This document shows, piece by piece, positions 9,816-18,885 of a stretch of DNA of 32,000 nt. Every line of letters starts with the position of its first letter. Position 1 is the stretch's first letter. The notes under the pieces are model-generated. The model searched no databases. It worked only from the letters and a program-made list of their open reading frames with translations, and had not been told where the DNA came from. The stretch is from positions 360,001 to 392,000 of the forward strand of contig OZ245049.1 of assembly GCA_965224465.1 (NCBI GenBank). Direction: 5' to 3'. A program made the translations under genes and the position numbers. This DNA is from Flavobacteriaceae bacterium. GTDB lineage: Bacteria > Bacteroidota > Bacteroidia > Flavobacteriales > Flavobacteriaceae.

Positions 9816-12104
9816 ATGAGAATTGTATATTCACTTATCACTATCCTTTTATTAGTATCCTGCAACAAGGAAACACCTACGCTTACAAAGGAGCAAATCA
9901 CTGTTATTCCATTGCCTAACTTACTTGAAATAGGTACTGGATCCTTTAAAATAGATAAAAACACCACTATATATACTACAGATAAATCACAGGAGAATGC
10001 GGCTCTATTATTAAATAATCTGTTAGAAAAAAGCAGTGGATACACCTTAAAAACATCAAATAACACAAACGCTGACATTCAGTTTAAAGTCTTAGAATCT
10101 ATCCCGAAAGAAGGGTACAAACTAAGCATTACCCCTACCCAAATTATAATTGAAGCCAATGATGGAGCAGGCTATTTCTATGCCATTCAAACCCTACGTC
10201 AACTCCTTCCTTATAGCATAGAAAAAGAAAAAACGACACATACTACATGGGATATACCTTGTGTAAACATCACAGATTCTCCACGATTTAAGTGGCGTGG
10301 GATGCACATGGACTTTAGCCGTCACTTTTTTAGTTTAGAAGAAGTGAAATTGTTTTTAGATGATATGGCACTGTATAAATTAAATAAGTTTCACATGCAT
10401 TTGACGGATGACCAAGGATGGAGAATCGAAATTAAGAAATATCCGTTGCTTACAGAAAAAGGTGCTTGGAGAACTGAAAATGCCAATGATACATTTTGTA
10501 ATGAACAAGCAAAAACAAACCCTTTATTTATCATCGATCCACAACATTTTAAAGAAAAAGATGGTGTAAAAAAATATGGAGGATTCTTTACTCAAGTTCA
10601 AATTAAAGAAATTATTGCTTATGCAGGAGCCTTACATATTGAAGTAATTCCAGAAATAGACATGCCAGGTCATTTTAAAGCTGCTTTGGACAATTACCCC
10701 TATTTATCTTGTACAAATAAAGCAGGATGGGGAGAAAAATTTTCTAGACCCGCTTGCTTAGGTAAGCAAGCCTCTTATGACTTTGCGAAAGATATTTTAA
10801 GTGAGATTGCTGATTTATTCCCTTCTCAATACATTCATATTGGAGGAGACGAAGTAAACATTCAATCTTGGAAAGAATGTGCTAAATGCCAAGCTTCCAT
10901 CAAGAAAAATAACTTAAAAAACGAACACGAATTGCAATCATTCTTTAATAAAGACATTGCCCATTTCTTACATTCAAAAGGAAAGAGATTGCTTGGTTGG
11001 GATGAGATCGCTGAAGGTGGCTTATCTAATGATGCTACTATTATGTGGTGGCGTAATTGGGCTCCAAAAGCCAGAGATATCACTGTAAATAATGGATCAG
11101 ATTTAATTATTACTCCAGATTTCGAATACTATTTTGATTTTACTAACGAGTCTACTCCGCTTTCAAAAGTATATAACTATGAACCTGTACCTAGTTATTT
11201 TACTCCACAACAAGAAGCACACATTATTGGAATTCAAGCAAATTTATGGTCGGAACGCATCCCTAATTTCAAACGATTGCAATACCAAGCGTTCCCAAGA
11301 CTACAAGGACTAGCAGAATCTGCTTGGACCTCAAAGACAAACAAGAATTTTGATTATTTTTCTAAACGATTAGAAGCACACTATCCAAGAATGGATGCCT
11401 TAAACATCCATTATTACATTCCTTCAGTAGAAGGATTGGCTAATAAAATAGTATTTATAGATACCGCTATTATTAAATTAAAAGCCCTTATAAAAGGGAT
11501 GGATATATATTATACGCTTGACGGTAGCAGACCCTCCAATACATCTACAAAATATAGTACCCCCTTAAAAATAACAACCAATACCAACATTCAAACTATT
11601 GCCTATAAAGGATCTATTTTTAGTGAAATAAAAGCTGCATCCATAGAAAAACAGGACTATACCGGGGCTAAAAATGTACAACCTACTACTGGAAGTCTAA
11701 AGAGATGGGGAAATTCACAAAAAGTAACATCTGTAGCGCATATTAATTTTAATACAGAACTAACTCCAACGTTGGTTTCCGAAATTAATTTGTCAGAATT
11801 CGAAAATAAAGAACATATCGCTCTTTTGTTTAAAGGTTTTTTTAAAGCAGAAGACGATGGGTTATATGAGTTTTCTACAAAATCTGACGATGGAAGTTTG
11901 CTGTATATTGGAGCCAAATTGGTAGTAGATAATGGTGGAAATCATGCAGGAATCCTTAGAAACGGAATGATTGCCCTTAAAAAAGGATGGCATCCTATTA
12001 TGATTAAATACCATCAAGGTGGTGGCGGAAGTGAATTGGCTGCTTGGTATAAAAGCCCCAAAGGAAAAAAACAATTATTAAAAGGTTCCGTTATTGGATA
12101 TTAA
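9816..12104 (+). CDS. GH20 beta-N-acetylhexosaminidase with C-terminal chitobiase-type and PA14 domains
   Basis: Lipoprotein signal LLVSC. GH20 motifs are HMHLTDDQGWR, PEIDMPGH and HIGGDEV. The C-terminus has IYYTLDGSRP (CHB_HEX_C-like) and GLYEFSTKSDDGSLLYIG...VVDNGGNH (PA14-like). Confidence 0.92.
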   Translation: MRIVYSLITILLLVSCNKETPTLTKEQITVIPLPNLLEIGTGSFKIDKNTTIYTTDKSQENAALLLNNLLEKSSGYTLKTSNNTNADIQFKVLESIPKEGYKLSITPTQIIIEANDGAGYFYAIQTLRQLLPYSIEKEKTTHTTWDIPCVNITDSPRFKWRGMHMDFSRHFFSLEEVKLFLDDMALYKLNKFHMHLTDDQGWRIEIKKYPLLTEKGAWRTENANDTFCNEQAKTNPLFIIDPQHFKEKDGVKKYGGFFTQVQIKEIIAYAGALHIEVIPEIDMPGHFKAALDNYPYLSCTNKAGWGEKFSRPACLGKQASYDFAKDILSEIADLFPSQYIHIGGDEVNIQSWKECAKCQASIKKNNLKNEHELQSFFNKDIAHFLHSKGKRLLGWDEIAEGGLSNDATIMWWRNWAPKARDITVNNGSDLIITPDFEYYFDFTNESTPLSKVYNYEPVPSYFTPQQEAHIIGIQANLWSERIPNFKRLQYQAFPRLQGLAESAWTSKTNKNFDYFSKRLEAHYPRMDALNIHYYIPSVEGLANKIVFIDTAIIKLKALIKGMDIYYTLDGSRPSNTSTKYSTPLKITTNTNIQTIAYKGSIFSEIKAASIEKQDYTGAKNVQPTTGSLKRWGNSQKVTSVAHINFNTELTPTLVSEINLSEFENKEHIALLFKGFFKAEDDGLYEFSTKSDDGSLLYIGAKLVVDNGGNHAGILRNGMIALKKGWHPIMIKYHQGGGGSELAAWYKSPKGKKQLLKGSVIGY

Positions 12105-12116
12105 AAAACAACATCA

Positions 12117-13661
12117 ATGAAAAATATAGTTAAATTTATTGCTATTCTTTGTGTTTTCGTACTAAGTTCCTGTCATAAATCAGCAACAAACACAGTGCAA
12201 ACCAGGCCCAATATCATCTTATTTATGGTAGATGATATGGGCTGGCAAGATACTTCGGTGCCTTTTTGGACAAAAAAAACAGCTTTTAATAAACGCTACC
12301 GCACACCAAATATGGAACGTTTGGCAAGTCAAGGACTCAAACTTACCCAAGCCTACGCAACTCCTATTTGCTCCCCTACCCGTGTGAGCTTAATCTCTGG
12401 AATGAATGCTGCGAGACATCGCGTCACTAACTGGACCTTAAAAAGAGGAGAATACATGGTAGCTCCTCCAAAAGGATTGAAAATGCCACTATGGAATTTA
12501 AATGGAGCACAACCCACAGATAGCATTGAACTCTCTGTACATATCACCCCTTTTCCTCAAATTCTAAAAGACAATGGCTATCATACGATTCATGTTGGAA
12601 AAGCTCATTTCGGAGCCCTTGGAACACCAGGTGCAAATCCATCTAATCTAGGTTTTGAAACCAATATTTCGGGACATGCAGCGGGTGCACCAGGAAGTTA
12701 TTACGGAAAAGAAAACTTTAAAAAAGTCTTAGGAGAAACTAATATTTGGGATGTTCCAAACCTTGAGAAATACTATGGAAAAGATATTTTTCTAACCGAA
12801 GCCTTGACTTTAGAAGCAATAAGCGCTATGGATATCGCTCTAAAAGATAAGAAGCCATTCTATTTATACATGTCTCATTATGCTGTACATACTCCAATTA
12901 TGGGCGATCCACGTTTTGAACAGCAATACCTAGACAAAGGACTAGACACTATAGAGGCAAAATACGCATCTATGATAGAAGGTATGGACAAAAGTTTGGG
13001 AGACATCCTAGATTTTGTGAATCAAAAAGGGATCGCAGACAATACCATTATTCTATTTATGTCAGACAATGGTGGATTGAGTGCTGTGGCAAGAGGAGGT
13101 CAAAAACACAGCCATAACAAACCCTTATCTAGCGGAAAAGGCTCTATTCATGAAGGAGGAATACGCGAACCTATGTTGGTAAAATGGCCTGGAGTTACCA
13201 CAGCAAATGCTGTTAGTGATAGCCGAATTATTATAGAAGATTTTTTTCCTACAATTTTAGAAATGGCGCAGATATCCGATTATAAAACAGTTCAAAAAAT
13301 AGATGGAAAAAGTTTTACTCCGATTTTAAAAGGCGTAGCATTAAATTTTGATAGGCCTCTATTTTGGCATTATCCAAATAACTGGGGACCAACAGGCCCA
13401 GGAATAGGTGCTTTTAGTGCAGTACGATTGGGGAATTACAAATTGATTTACTACCATATAGATCAATCTTATGAGCTATTTGACATTAAAAATGATATTG
13501 GTGAAACACGTAATCTAGCAAATACACACCTTAAAATGGTCTCCCAATTATCCAAGGTGCTTGGGGATTATTTACGTAGTGTTGATGCTCAAATGCCCAC
13601 GAATACAACTACGGGTAAACGTGTTGCATTGCCAGGAAACACCAACTACAGTCCAAAATAA
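12117..13661 (+). CDS. formylglycine-dependent sulfatase (arylsulfatase / N-acetyl-hexosamine sulfatase family)
   Basis: Lipoprotein signal LSSC, metal site MVDDMGWQD and the C-x-P-x-R motif CSPTRVSLISG. The last 7 codons and the stop lie inside a MITE terminal repeat. Confidence 0.93.
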   Translation: MKNIVKFIAILCVFVLSSCHKSATNTVQTRPNIILFMVDDMGWQDTSVPFWTKKTAFNKRYRTPNMERLASQGLKLTQAYATPICSPTRVSLISGMNAARHRVTNWTLKRGEYMVAPPKGLKMPLWNLNGAQPTDSIELSVHITPFPQILKDNGYHTIHVGKAHFGALGTPGANPSNLGFETNISGHAAGAPGSYYGKENFKKVLGETNIWDVPNLEKYYGKDIFLTEALTLEAISAMDIALKDKKPFYLYMSHYAVHTPIMGDPRFEQQYLDKGLDTIEAKYASMIEGMDKSLGDILDFVNQKGIADNTIILFMSDNGGLSAVARGGQKHSHNKPLSSGKGSIHEGGIREPMLVKWPGVTTANAVSDSRIIIEDFFPTILEMAQISDYKTVQKIDGKSFTPILKGVALNFDRPLFWHYPNNWGPTGPGIGAFSAVRLGNYKLIYYHIDQSYELFDIKNDIGETRNLANTHLKMVSQLSKVLGDYLRSVDAQMPTNTTTGKRVALPGNTNYSPK

Positions 13662-13770
13662 CCGATATAAATAGGTTATTTTATGTGCTGGCGTTGTTAT
13701 AAATTCTAAGGATAGCTATGGGTATCCTTAGAATTTTTGCCTAATTAGAACAAAAAATAATTCCATTTTT
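13640..13770. mobile_element. MITE copy, right end truncated by the next copy
   Basis: The left TIR CACCAACTACAGTCCAAAATAACCGATATAAATAGG overlaps the sulfatase 3' end. An internal 12-bp hairpin is ATTCTAAGGATA...TATCCTTAGAAT. Confidence 0.65.
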
Positions 13771-13852
13771 AATTACAATCCAAAATGACAGCTATAAATA
13801 GGTTGTTTTATGTGCTGGCGTTGTTGAAAAAACAGAACGATTGTAAGCTAGG
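13771..13852. mobile_element. MITE left-half fragment
   Basis: AATTACAATCCAAAATGACAGCTATAAATAGGTTGTTTTATGTGCTGGCGTTGTTGAAAAAACAGAAC, after which homology is lost. Confidence 0.6.
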
Positions 13853-14140
13853 AAAACTCAAAACAGTCTATCTATTTAGCGGAAGAGCCCCCTCCTGCCT
13901 ATTGGTTACAACGAATAAAAGCAGGTACTAATAAGCAAAAAAAACGTAGTCACGTAATGGGAAATAGTGCCAACATACTACTGACCAATACTTAACCGGA
14001 TCTAAAAACGGTACAAACCAATTCCTACGAAAGAGATTGGGAGCAAATGACCTAAAAATAGGTGATATCTATTAAGGTATTTGTCGATAGCCTCTTAATT
14101 AAATCTCGCAATCCCCATAGTATCATCTTTTGAGCTGGTA

Positions 14141-14206
14141 AAGTCAACAGGATGTTCATGCTGGGCGTGGCGCACCGGATTGATGAACATTTAGTTATTG
14201 TGTGTA
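14141..14206 (-). other. attC-like imperfect palindrome (terminal site of the candidate cassette array)
   Basis: The plus strand reads GTCAAC-AGG-ATGTTCAT-G-CTGG-GCG-TGG-CGC-A-CCGG-ATTG-ATGAACAT-TTA-GTTATTGTGTGTA. It has 8-bp perfect inner arms, a small GC apical stem and a one-sided ATTG bulge. AAC/GTT boxes sit 3 nt outside the arms. The site overlaps the stop codon at 14191. Confidence 0.55.
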
Positions 14207-14922
14207 GCCTTTTCTGTTTTTACTCCACTAAATCCAGTTGCACAACCATAGAAATAAGAACTATAATTGAGTTTAAAACCTTCTTTTCTAAATATTTCCA
14301 TTGCTTTTTCTGCATTTTTGAATTTATCAGTATATTCCCAAAGCATTTTATATTCAATAGGGTTCCCTAAAAATACTTTCCCCAAAATTGGTATAATATT
14401 CTTTAAATAAAATCGGTAAAAAAACTTCAAAATCTTATATTTTGGTTCTGAAACTTCTATGAATGAAATTTCTCCATTTGATTTTAAAATTCTGTTAGTC
14501 TCATTTGCTAATATTTTTAATTGACTTTCATTAAATGTCTTTAGTCCAAAAGCACAAGTAACAAAATCATTATGATTTGATTGTAATTCATTATTCAAAA
14601 CATCTTGATTTAGAATAATTGCTTTACCGTTAAACGTATCATTATTTTTCGTTTCAGCATATTTTAACATTCCATCAGAAAAATCAAGTGCAGATATTTT
14701 TGCTTTTGGAAACCTTTTTTTTGTTGCTTTCCAAGTTTCTCCCATTCCTGTGAGTAAATCAATTATTTCAACTTCCTTTCCTGTTTTATTAAATGATTTT
14801 AAAAAAGTTTTTCTCCAACGTATTGAAAAGCCAAATGATGTTATATAATTCATTCTTTCATATGAACTACTCATACGGTTAAAAATCTTTTTCACATATT
14901 CTGGGCTGTAAATATTATTCAT
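14191..14922 (-). CDS. class I SAM-dependent methyltransferase (UbiE/COQ5-like)
   Basis: 243 aa. The N-terminal YERMNYITSFGFSIRWRK resembles the UbiE/MenG signature, and the SAM loop is DLLTGMGE. Confidence 0.78.
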   Translation of the reverse strand: MNNIYSPEYVKKIFNRMSSSYERMNYITSFGFSIRWRKTFLKSFNKTGKEVEIIDLLTGMGETWKATKKRFPKAKISALDFSDGMLKYAETKNNDTFNGKAIILNQDVLNNELQSNHNDFVTCAFGLKTFNESQLKILANETNRILKSNGEISFIEVSEPKYKILKFFYRFYLKNIIPILGKVFLGNPIEYKMLWEYTDKFKNAEKAMEIFRKEGFKLNYSSYFYGCATGFSGVKTEKATHNN

Positions 14923-15391
14923 TCAGTATAGTTTTCCATTTTTCAGTTTCAGCAAAATCTTTTATAGTCTCATTCCTAACGATTAATAATTTTTTCATAT
15001 ATTTTGTTAAAATTATATAATTAAAAAGTTTTCCGATAATTCCAAAAGGTGATTGAAATTCAAAAATATCTTTCATTATTACAATGTTGTTTTTAACTTC
15101 AAAATAGTGGTCGTGTTTTATTAGTTTAAAAATTCCTTTAGTTTGTTCATCTTTAAAATGAAAAGGTCTTTTGTATTGAGTGATTTTTGATGTTAGTTTT
15201 TGAGTAATTCCAAAATGAGTGGCTTTCCAAGTTACGAATTCATCTAATCCGATTAGTCTTGATATTTTTCCGTCAATTGCTTTTTCATTCGATTTGGCGA
15301 TTGAAATTTTGTGTAGATCAATACTTCTTGAAAGGTCAAAACATATTTCTATTTTAGAATTTATTTTGGTTTCAAGTTCGATTTCTGGCAT
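14915..15391 (-). CDS. SRPBCC (START/Bet v1-like) family protein
   Basis: 158 aa, with the length and pattern of Polyketide_cyc2-like ligand-binding proteins. It overlaps the downstream methyltransferase by 8 nt. Confidence 0.55.
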   Translation of the reverse strand: MPEIELETKINSKIEICFDLSRSIDLHKISIAKSNEKAIDGKISRLIGLDEFVTWKATHFGITQKLTSKITQYKRPFHFKDEQTKGIFKLIKHDHYFEVKNNIVIMKDIFEFQSPFGIIGKLFNYIILTKYMKKLLIVRNETIKDFAETEKWKTILNE

Positions 15392-15409
15392 TTAGCATTC
15401 AGTTTTTGG

Positions 15410-15497
15410 TTTACACACAACGCTTTAGCTAAGTGCAGTACGGTATTTAAAAAGGGAAATGACCTTCGATAAAGCACGAGCAAAGCTATTGTTTGTT
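15410..15497 (-). other. attC-like imperfect palindrome
   Basis: TTTACACACAAC-GCTTTAGC-TAAGTGC...GCACGA-GCAAAGC-TATTGTTTG. Both arms carry CAAC/CAAT, GCTTT, GCT and GTGC in mirror order. It is GC-enriched relative to its flanks and starts 19 nt upstream of the ATG at 15391. Confidence 0.5.
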
Positions 15498-15516
15498 TTT
15501 TTATTTTTCAATCTTT

Positions 15517-15544
15517 GAAAACCAAATCAATAGATTTGGTTTTC
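15517..15544 (-). terminator. strong hairpin GAAAACCAAATC-AATA-GATTTGGTTTTC
   Basis: 12-bp perfect stem, 162 nt downstream of the stop (15706) of the IS66-disrupted gene. Confidence 0.4.
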
Positions 15545-15705
15545 TGTAAATATAAAAGAACCTTTGGAAATAAACAAGGAACCGTATTGACGTTTAGGTT
15601 GGGCACTGCGTCCGTTTCGTTTAACAGCTCATAATTGCTCTGTTTCCGATTCCGCAAAGTTTCTCCTTTGTTTTGATGTAAAAACTATTACGTTTCTATT
15701 TGAAC

Positions 15706-15957
15706 TTATTTATTCCACAATTTAAAAACACCAGATAAAGCAGTAAAAAAGCCTACGGATGGAAGTATTACTTGTGTTAAATTGATTTTTCCTGTACTGA
15801 TACCCATTGAAAGATATATCAAACCGATTATAAAAACAATTATTCCAATTATTAGAATTTTCTTACCCGTATCCCTTTCCTTACCTATATAGTTTTTATA
15901 TTCATTTTCTGTTAATCCATAAAGTCTTTTTAATTCTTTTTTAATAGCGTTTTCATC
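15706..15957 (-). pseudogene. C-terminal half of a small membrane-protein gene split by IS66
   Basis: In frame with 18478-18701 once the IS and one TSD copy are removed. It encodes ...NAIKKELKRLYGLTENEYKNYIGKERDTGKKILIIGIIVFIIGLIYLSMGISTGKINLTQVILPSVGFFTALSGVFKLWNK with stop TAA at 15708-15706. Confidence 0.8.
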
Positions 15958-16015
15958 GTATCCGTCCGACCATCCCCATATTTTTTAGCAGAAAAATAGC
16001 TCCTATTTTTGACGC

Positions 16016-16324
16016 ATGAGAAAAAACGAAGAAAAACGAGCCTATATGACAGCTGTTGTTTCCGATTGGAAGTTGAGTGATTTAACCTTGGAAGATTATT
16101 GTAAAAGTCATAAAATTACACTTTGTAAATTTAGGTACTGGAATAAGAAATTGACCTCCAAAAATGCCAGTGGATTTTCAAAGGTTGAACTTATTGATGC
16201 TCCTATTGAAAACAGCAGAAATTCTATTTTAGATAGTTTTAAAATCGAGTATCCAACAGGTGTAAATTTGGTCATTAACAAAGAGATTACACTTATCGAT
16301 TTACAAAATTTAATTCATTTGTAA
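16016..16324 (+). CDS. tnpA: IS66 accessory protein TnpA (orf1)
   Basis: 102 aa, first gene of the IS66 trio. The stop abuts the tnpB start (16324/16326). Confidence 0.8.
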   Translation: MRKNEEKRAYMTAVVSDWKLSDLTLEDYCKSHKITLCKFRYWNKKLTSKNASGFSKVELIDAPIENSRNSILDSFKIEYPTGVNLVINKEITLIDLQNLIHL

Positions 16325-16325
16325 T

Positions 16326-16667
16326 ATGCTAAATATTTCAAGTGAACTTGATTTTCATCTGTACCTAGAACCCACAGATATGCGTAAAGGATTTAATGGT
16401 TTGTCAGGTGTTATCCGTAATAATTTAGAAGAGGATCCTAGTAATGGAGCTGTTTTTATCTTCATAAATAAACCTCGAAACAAAATAAAACTATTGCATT
16501 GGCAAGCAGGTGGATTTGTACTGTATTATAAACGATTGGAACGAGGTACTTTTGAACTTCCGGTGTATGATAATCTGAAAGGAAGTATACAAATGAAATA
16601 CAGCCAAATGGTGATGCTTCTTGATGGACTGTCTATAAAAAACATCCAACAAAGGAAACGTTATTAA
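16326..16667 (+). CDS. tnpB: IS66 Orf2 / TnpB
   Basis: 113 aa. EPTDMRKGFNGLSGVI...KLLHWQAGGFVLYYKRLERGTF is the conserved IS66 Orf2 signature. Confidence 0.92.
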   Translation: MLNISSELDFHLYLEPTDMRKGFNGLSGVIRNNLEEDPSNGAVFIFINKPRNKIKLLHWQAGGFVLYYKRLERGTFELPVYDNLKGSIQMKYSQMVMLLDGLSIKNIQQRKRY

Positions 16668-16735
16668 TGTCTTTTTACAGGTAAAAAACCTAATAAAACC
16701 AGGCTGTTCATGTATATTTTTCGTATATTTAATGT

Positions 16736-18421
16736 ATGGAAAAAGACTTAGAACAGCTATCAAAAAAAGCACTTATAGCCCTATTACAGGAGGCTAATTC
16801 TAAGTCAGATTTACTTATCAAAAAGACAAATTCTCTTAGCTCAAAGAATGAGTTACTTAATACAAAGACAAGTTCTCTTAGCGCAAAGAATGAGTTACTT
16901 ACTATAAAGACAAAAGACGTTACTTTACAAAAGGCTATCCTAGAAGCTCAATATAAAGAATTAGAGACAAAATACGGATATGGACAATTTCAATTAGAGC
17001 AATTACGTCGTATGATTTTTGGGACAAAACGTGAGCGTTTTATAATGGCTAATAACCCTTTTCAAATGCAACTCCCTTTCGAAGTTTTAAAAGAGATGCC
17101 CCAGGAAGAAGAAGCTCCTGTAAACATTACATATCAACGTAAAAAGGCTAAAAAAAGAACGATTGGAAGTTTAAATCTCCCCAGTCATTTACCTGTTGAA
17201 ATTATTAATTTAGAGCCTAAAGAGACTATAGAGAACCGAATAAAAATAGGTGAAGAAATTACAGATAAATTAGAACTTGTACCCACAAAGCTATACATAA
17301 AACGATATGTCAGACCAAAATACGCCTTAAAAAAGAAAGTACAAGACACATTGATTGACAATGGAAACCCTTTAGGTATTAAGACCGTTATTATGGCTGA
17401 TTTACCAAGTTTTGCTATTGAAAAATCTGTAGCATCAAACAGCCTGCTAGCACAGCTATTGATTGATAAATTCTTAGATCACTTACCGTATTATCGACAG
17501 ATAGAACGTTTTAAACGAGAAGGAATCTCTATAAGTTCATCTACAATAAATGGATGGCAAAACAGCTTAGGACACTTACTTAAGCCGCTGTATCAGGCTA
17601 TGAAAAACACGGTGCTGTCACAAGGATATGTACAGGCCGATGAATCAACTATTCCGGTGCTAGACAAACAGAAAAAAGGAAAAACTCATACTGGATATCA
17701 TTGGGTGTACTATTCACCCATACAAAAAATGGTATTGTTTGATTATCGTCACTCTAGATCTAAACATGGACCTAGAGAAATGCTTAAAAACTTTAAAGGG
17801 TATTTACAAACAGATGGCTACGCTGTATATGATGAATTTGCACTTAAAAAAGATGTCACTTTAGTAGGGTGTATGGCACATGCACGTCGTTATTTTGAGA
17901 AAGCACTAGACTATGACAAAGTAAAAGCGAGTCATGCGATGGTACTCATTCAACAATTATATGCCATTGAACGACATTGTAAAAACCAGGAATTTACTCC
18001 TGAGCAACGGCATGCTTATCGCCTAGATAAAGCACAACCAATAATGGATACATTTATAAAATGGTTGATCCATAATACCCAAGGAAGCTTACCTAAAAGT
18101 TCCTTAGGAAAAGCAATCACTTATACATTAAAACGATGGGACTACTTAAAAGCCTACCTGTATGACGGTACTTTAGAACTAGATAATAACCTGGTAGAAG
18201 GATCTATCAGAACATTAGCTATTGGACGTAAAAATTATTTATTTGCAGGTAGCCATGATGCTGCAAAAAATGCTGCCATGTTCTACTCCTTTTTTGGGAC
18301 TTGTAAAAAACACCAAGTAAACCCCTATAAATGGATGAAAAAAGTACTGGATATAATCCCTGATTACAATGCTCGAAAGCTAAATGAGCTATTTCCACAA
18401 AATTTAAACCTCGATCAATAA
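16736..18421 (+). CDS. tnpC: IS66 family DDE transposase TnpC
   Basis: 561 aa. It has an N-terminal coiled coil, LPYYRQ, ADESTIPVLD and GCMAHARRYF, and a C-terminal NNLVEGSIR..GRKNYLFAGS. Confidence 0.93.
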   Translation: MEKDLEQLSKKALIALLQEANSKSDLLIKKTNSLSSKNELLNTKTSSLSAKNELLTIKTKDVTLQKAILEAQYKELETKYGYGQFQLEQLRRMIFGTKRERFIMANNPFQMQLPFEVLKEMPQEEEAPVNITYQRKKAKKRTIGSLNLPSHLPVEIINLEPKETIENRIKIGEEITDKLELVPTKLYIKRYVRPKYALKKKVQDTLIDNGNPLGIKTVIMADLPSFAIEKSVASNSLLAQLLIDKFLDHLPYYRQIERFKREGISISSSTINGWQNSLGHLLKPLYQAMKNTVLSQGYVQADESTIPVLDKQKKGKTHTGYHWVYYSPIQKMVLFDYRHSRSKHGPREMLKNFKGYLQTDGYAVYDEFALKKDVTLVGCMAHARRYFEKALDYDKVKASHAMVLIQQLYAIERHCKNQEFTPEQRHAYRLDKAQPIMDTFIKWLIHNTQGSLPKSSLGKAITYTLKRWDYLKAYLYDGTLELDNNLVEGSIRTLAIGRKNYLFAGSHDAAKNAAMFYSFFGTCKKHQVNPYKWMKKVLDIIPDYNARKLNELFPQNLNLDQ

Positions 18422-18477
18422 AATCGAGGATTTTTTATGTATTTTTAATTCCTATACGTACTTCGTCGGACGGATAC

Positions 18478-18701
18478 TTTTCATCAAGCATTTTATCTTT
18501 TAGCTGTAATATCATTTTTTCAATCTTCTTATGGGATATAGTATTGGATTCTATCTCTTTTTTTTCTTCTTCTACAATTTTATTTAGGTTTATACCTTGG
18601 CTCATTAAGTCATATTGAATACTTTCGATAGATTCTCCCATCTTAAGTCGTTCAATCACTATGGAATTAATTTCCTCGCGTTGATTTTTTTGTTCTTCCA
18701 T
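18478..18701 (-). pseudogene. N-terminal half of the gene split by IS66
   Basis: Codons 1-74 (MEEQKNQREE...KDKMLDE). The track ORF 18435-18701 reads through into the IS end for 14 codons. Confidence 0.8.
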
Positions 18702-18736
18702 ATTTTAAATACTTAAATTTTTCAATTGCAATTTTT

Positions 18737-18813
18737 GTACACAAATTAAGTTTCAATTTGGTTTTGTTTCTTCAAAGTGTTTTTTCACTCAGACTTTTTT
18801 ATCTTAGTTGTGC
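18737..18813 (-). other. weaker attC-like palindrome
   Basis: GTACACAAATTAAG ... CTTAGTTGTGCCC are mirror outer boxes, with an inner AGTG-TTTTTT-CACT hairpin. The left box has AAT rather than AAC. Confidence 0.3.
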
Positions 18814-18885
18814 CCAAAGTTTTGTGTATGGTTTGTTGTGTGTTTAAATGTACAAATTTTCAGTTAAGTACAAATTTCATAAAAA

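Larger units (their letters stand above)
15958..18477 (+). mobile_element. IS66-family insertion sequence, intact (2520 bp)
   Basis: 13-bp perfect terminal inverted repeats GTATCCGTCCGAC (15958-15970) / GTCGGACGGATAC (18465-18477). It is flanked by a perfect 8-bp direct repeat TTTTCATC (15950-15957 and 18478-18485) and has the three-ORF tnpA-tnpB-tnpC layout. Confidence 0.93.

Noticed and set aside
8208-13661. The GH20-GH20/PA14-sulfatase cluster as a novel polysaccharide utilisation locus
   Set aside because: The gene content is ordinary for Bacteroidota glycan degradation. No SusC/SusD pair or regulator is present in the window, and nothing in the sequence looks unusual apart from the MITE at the 3' end.
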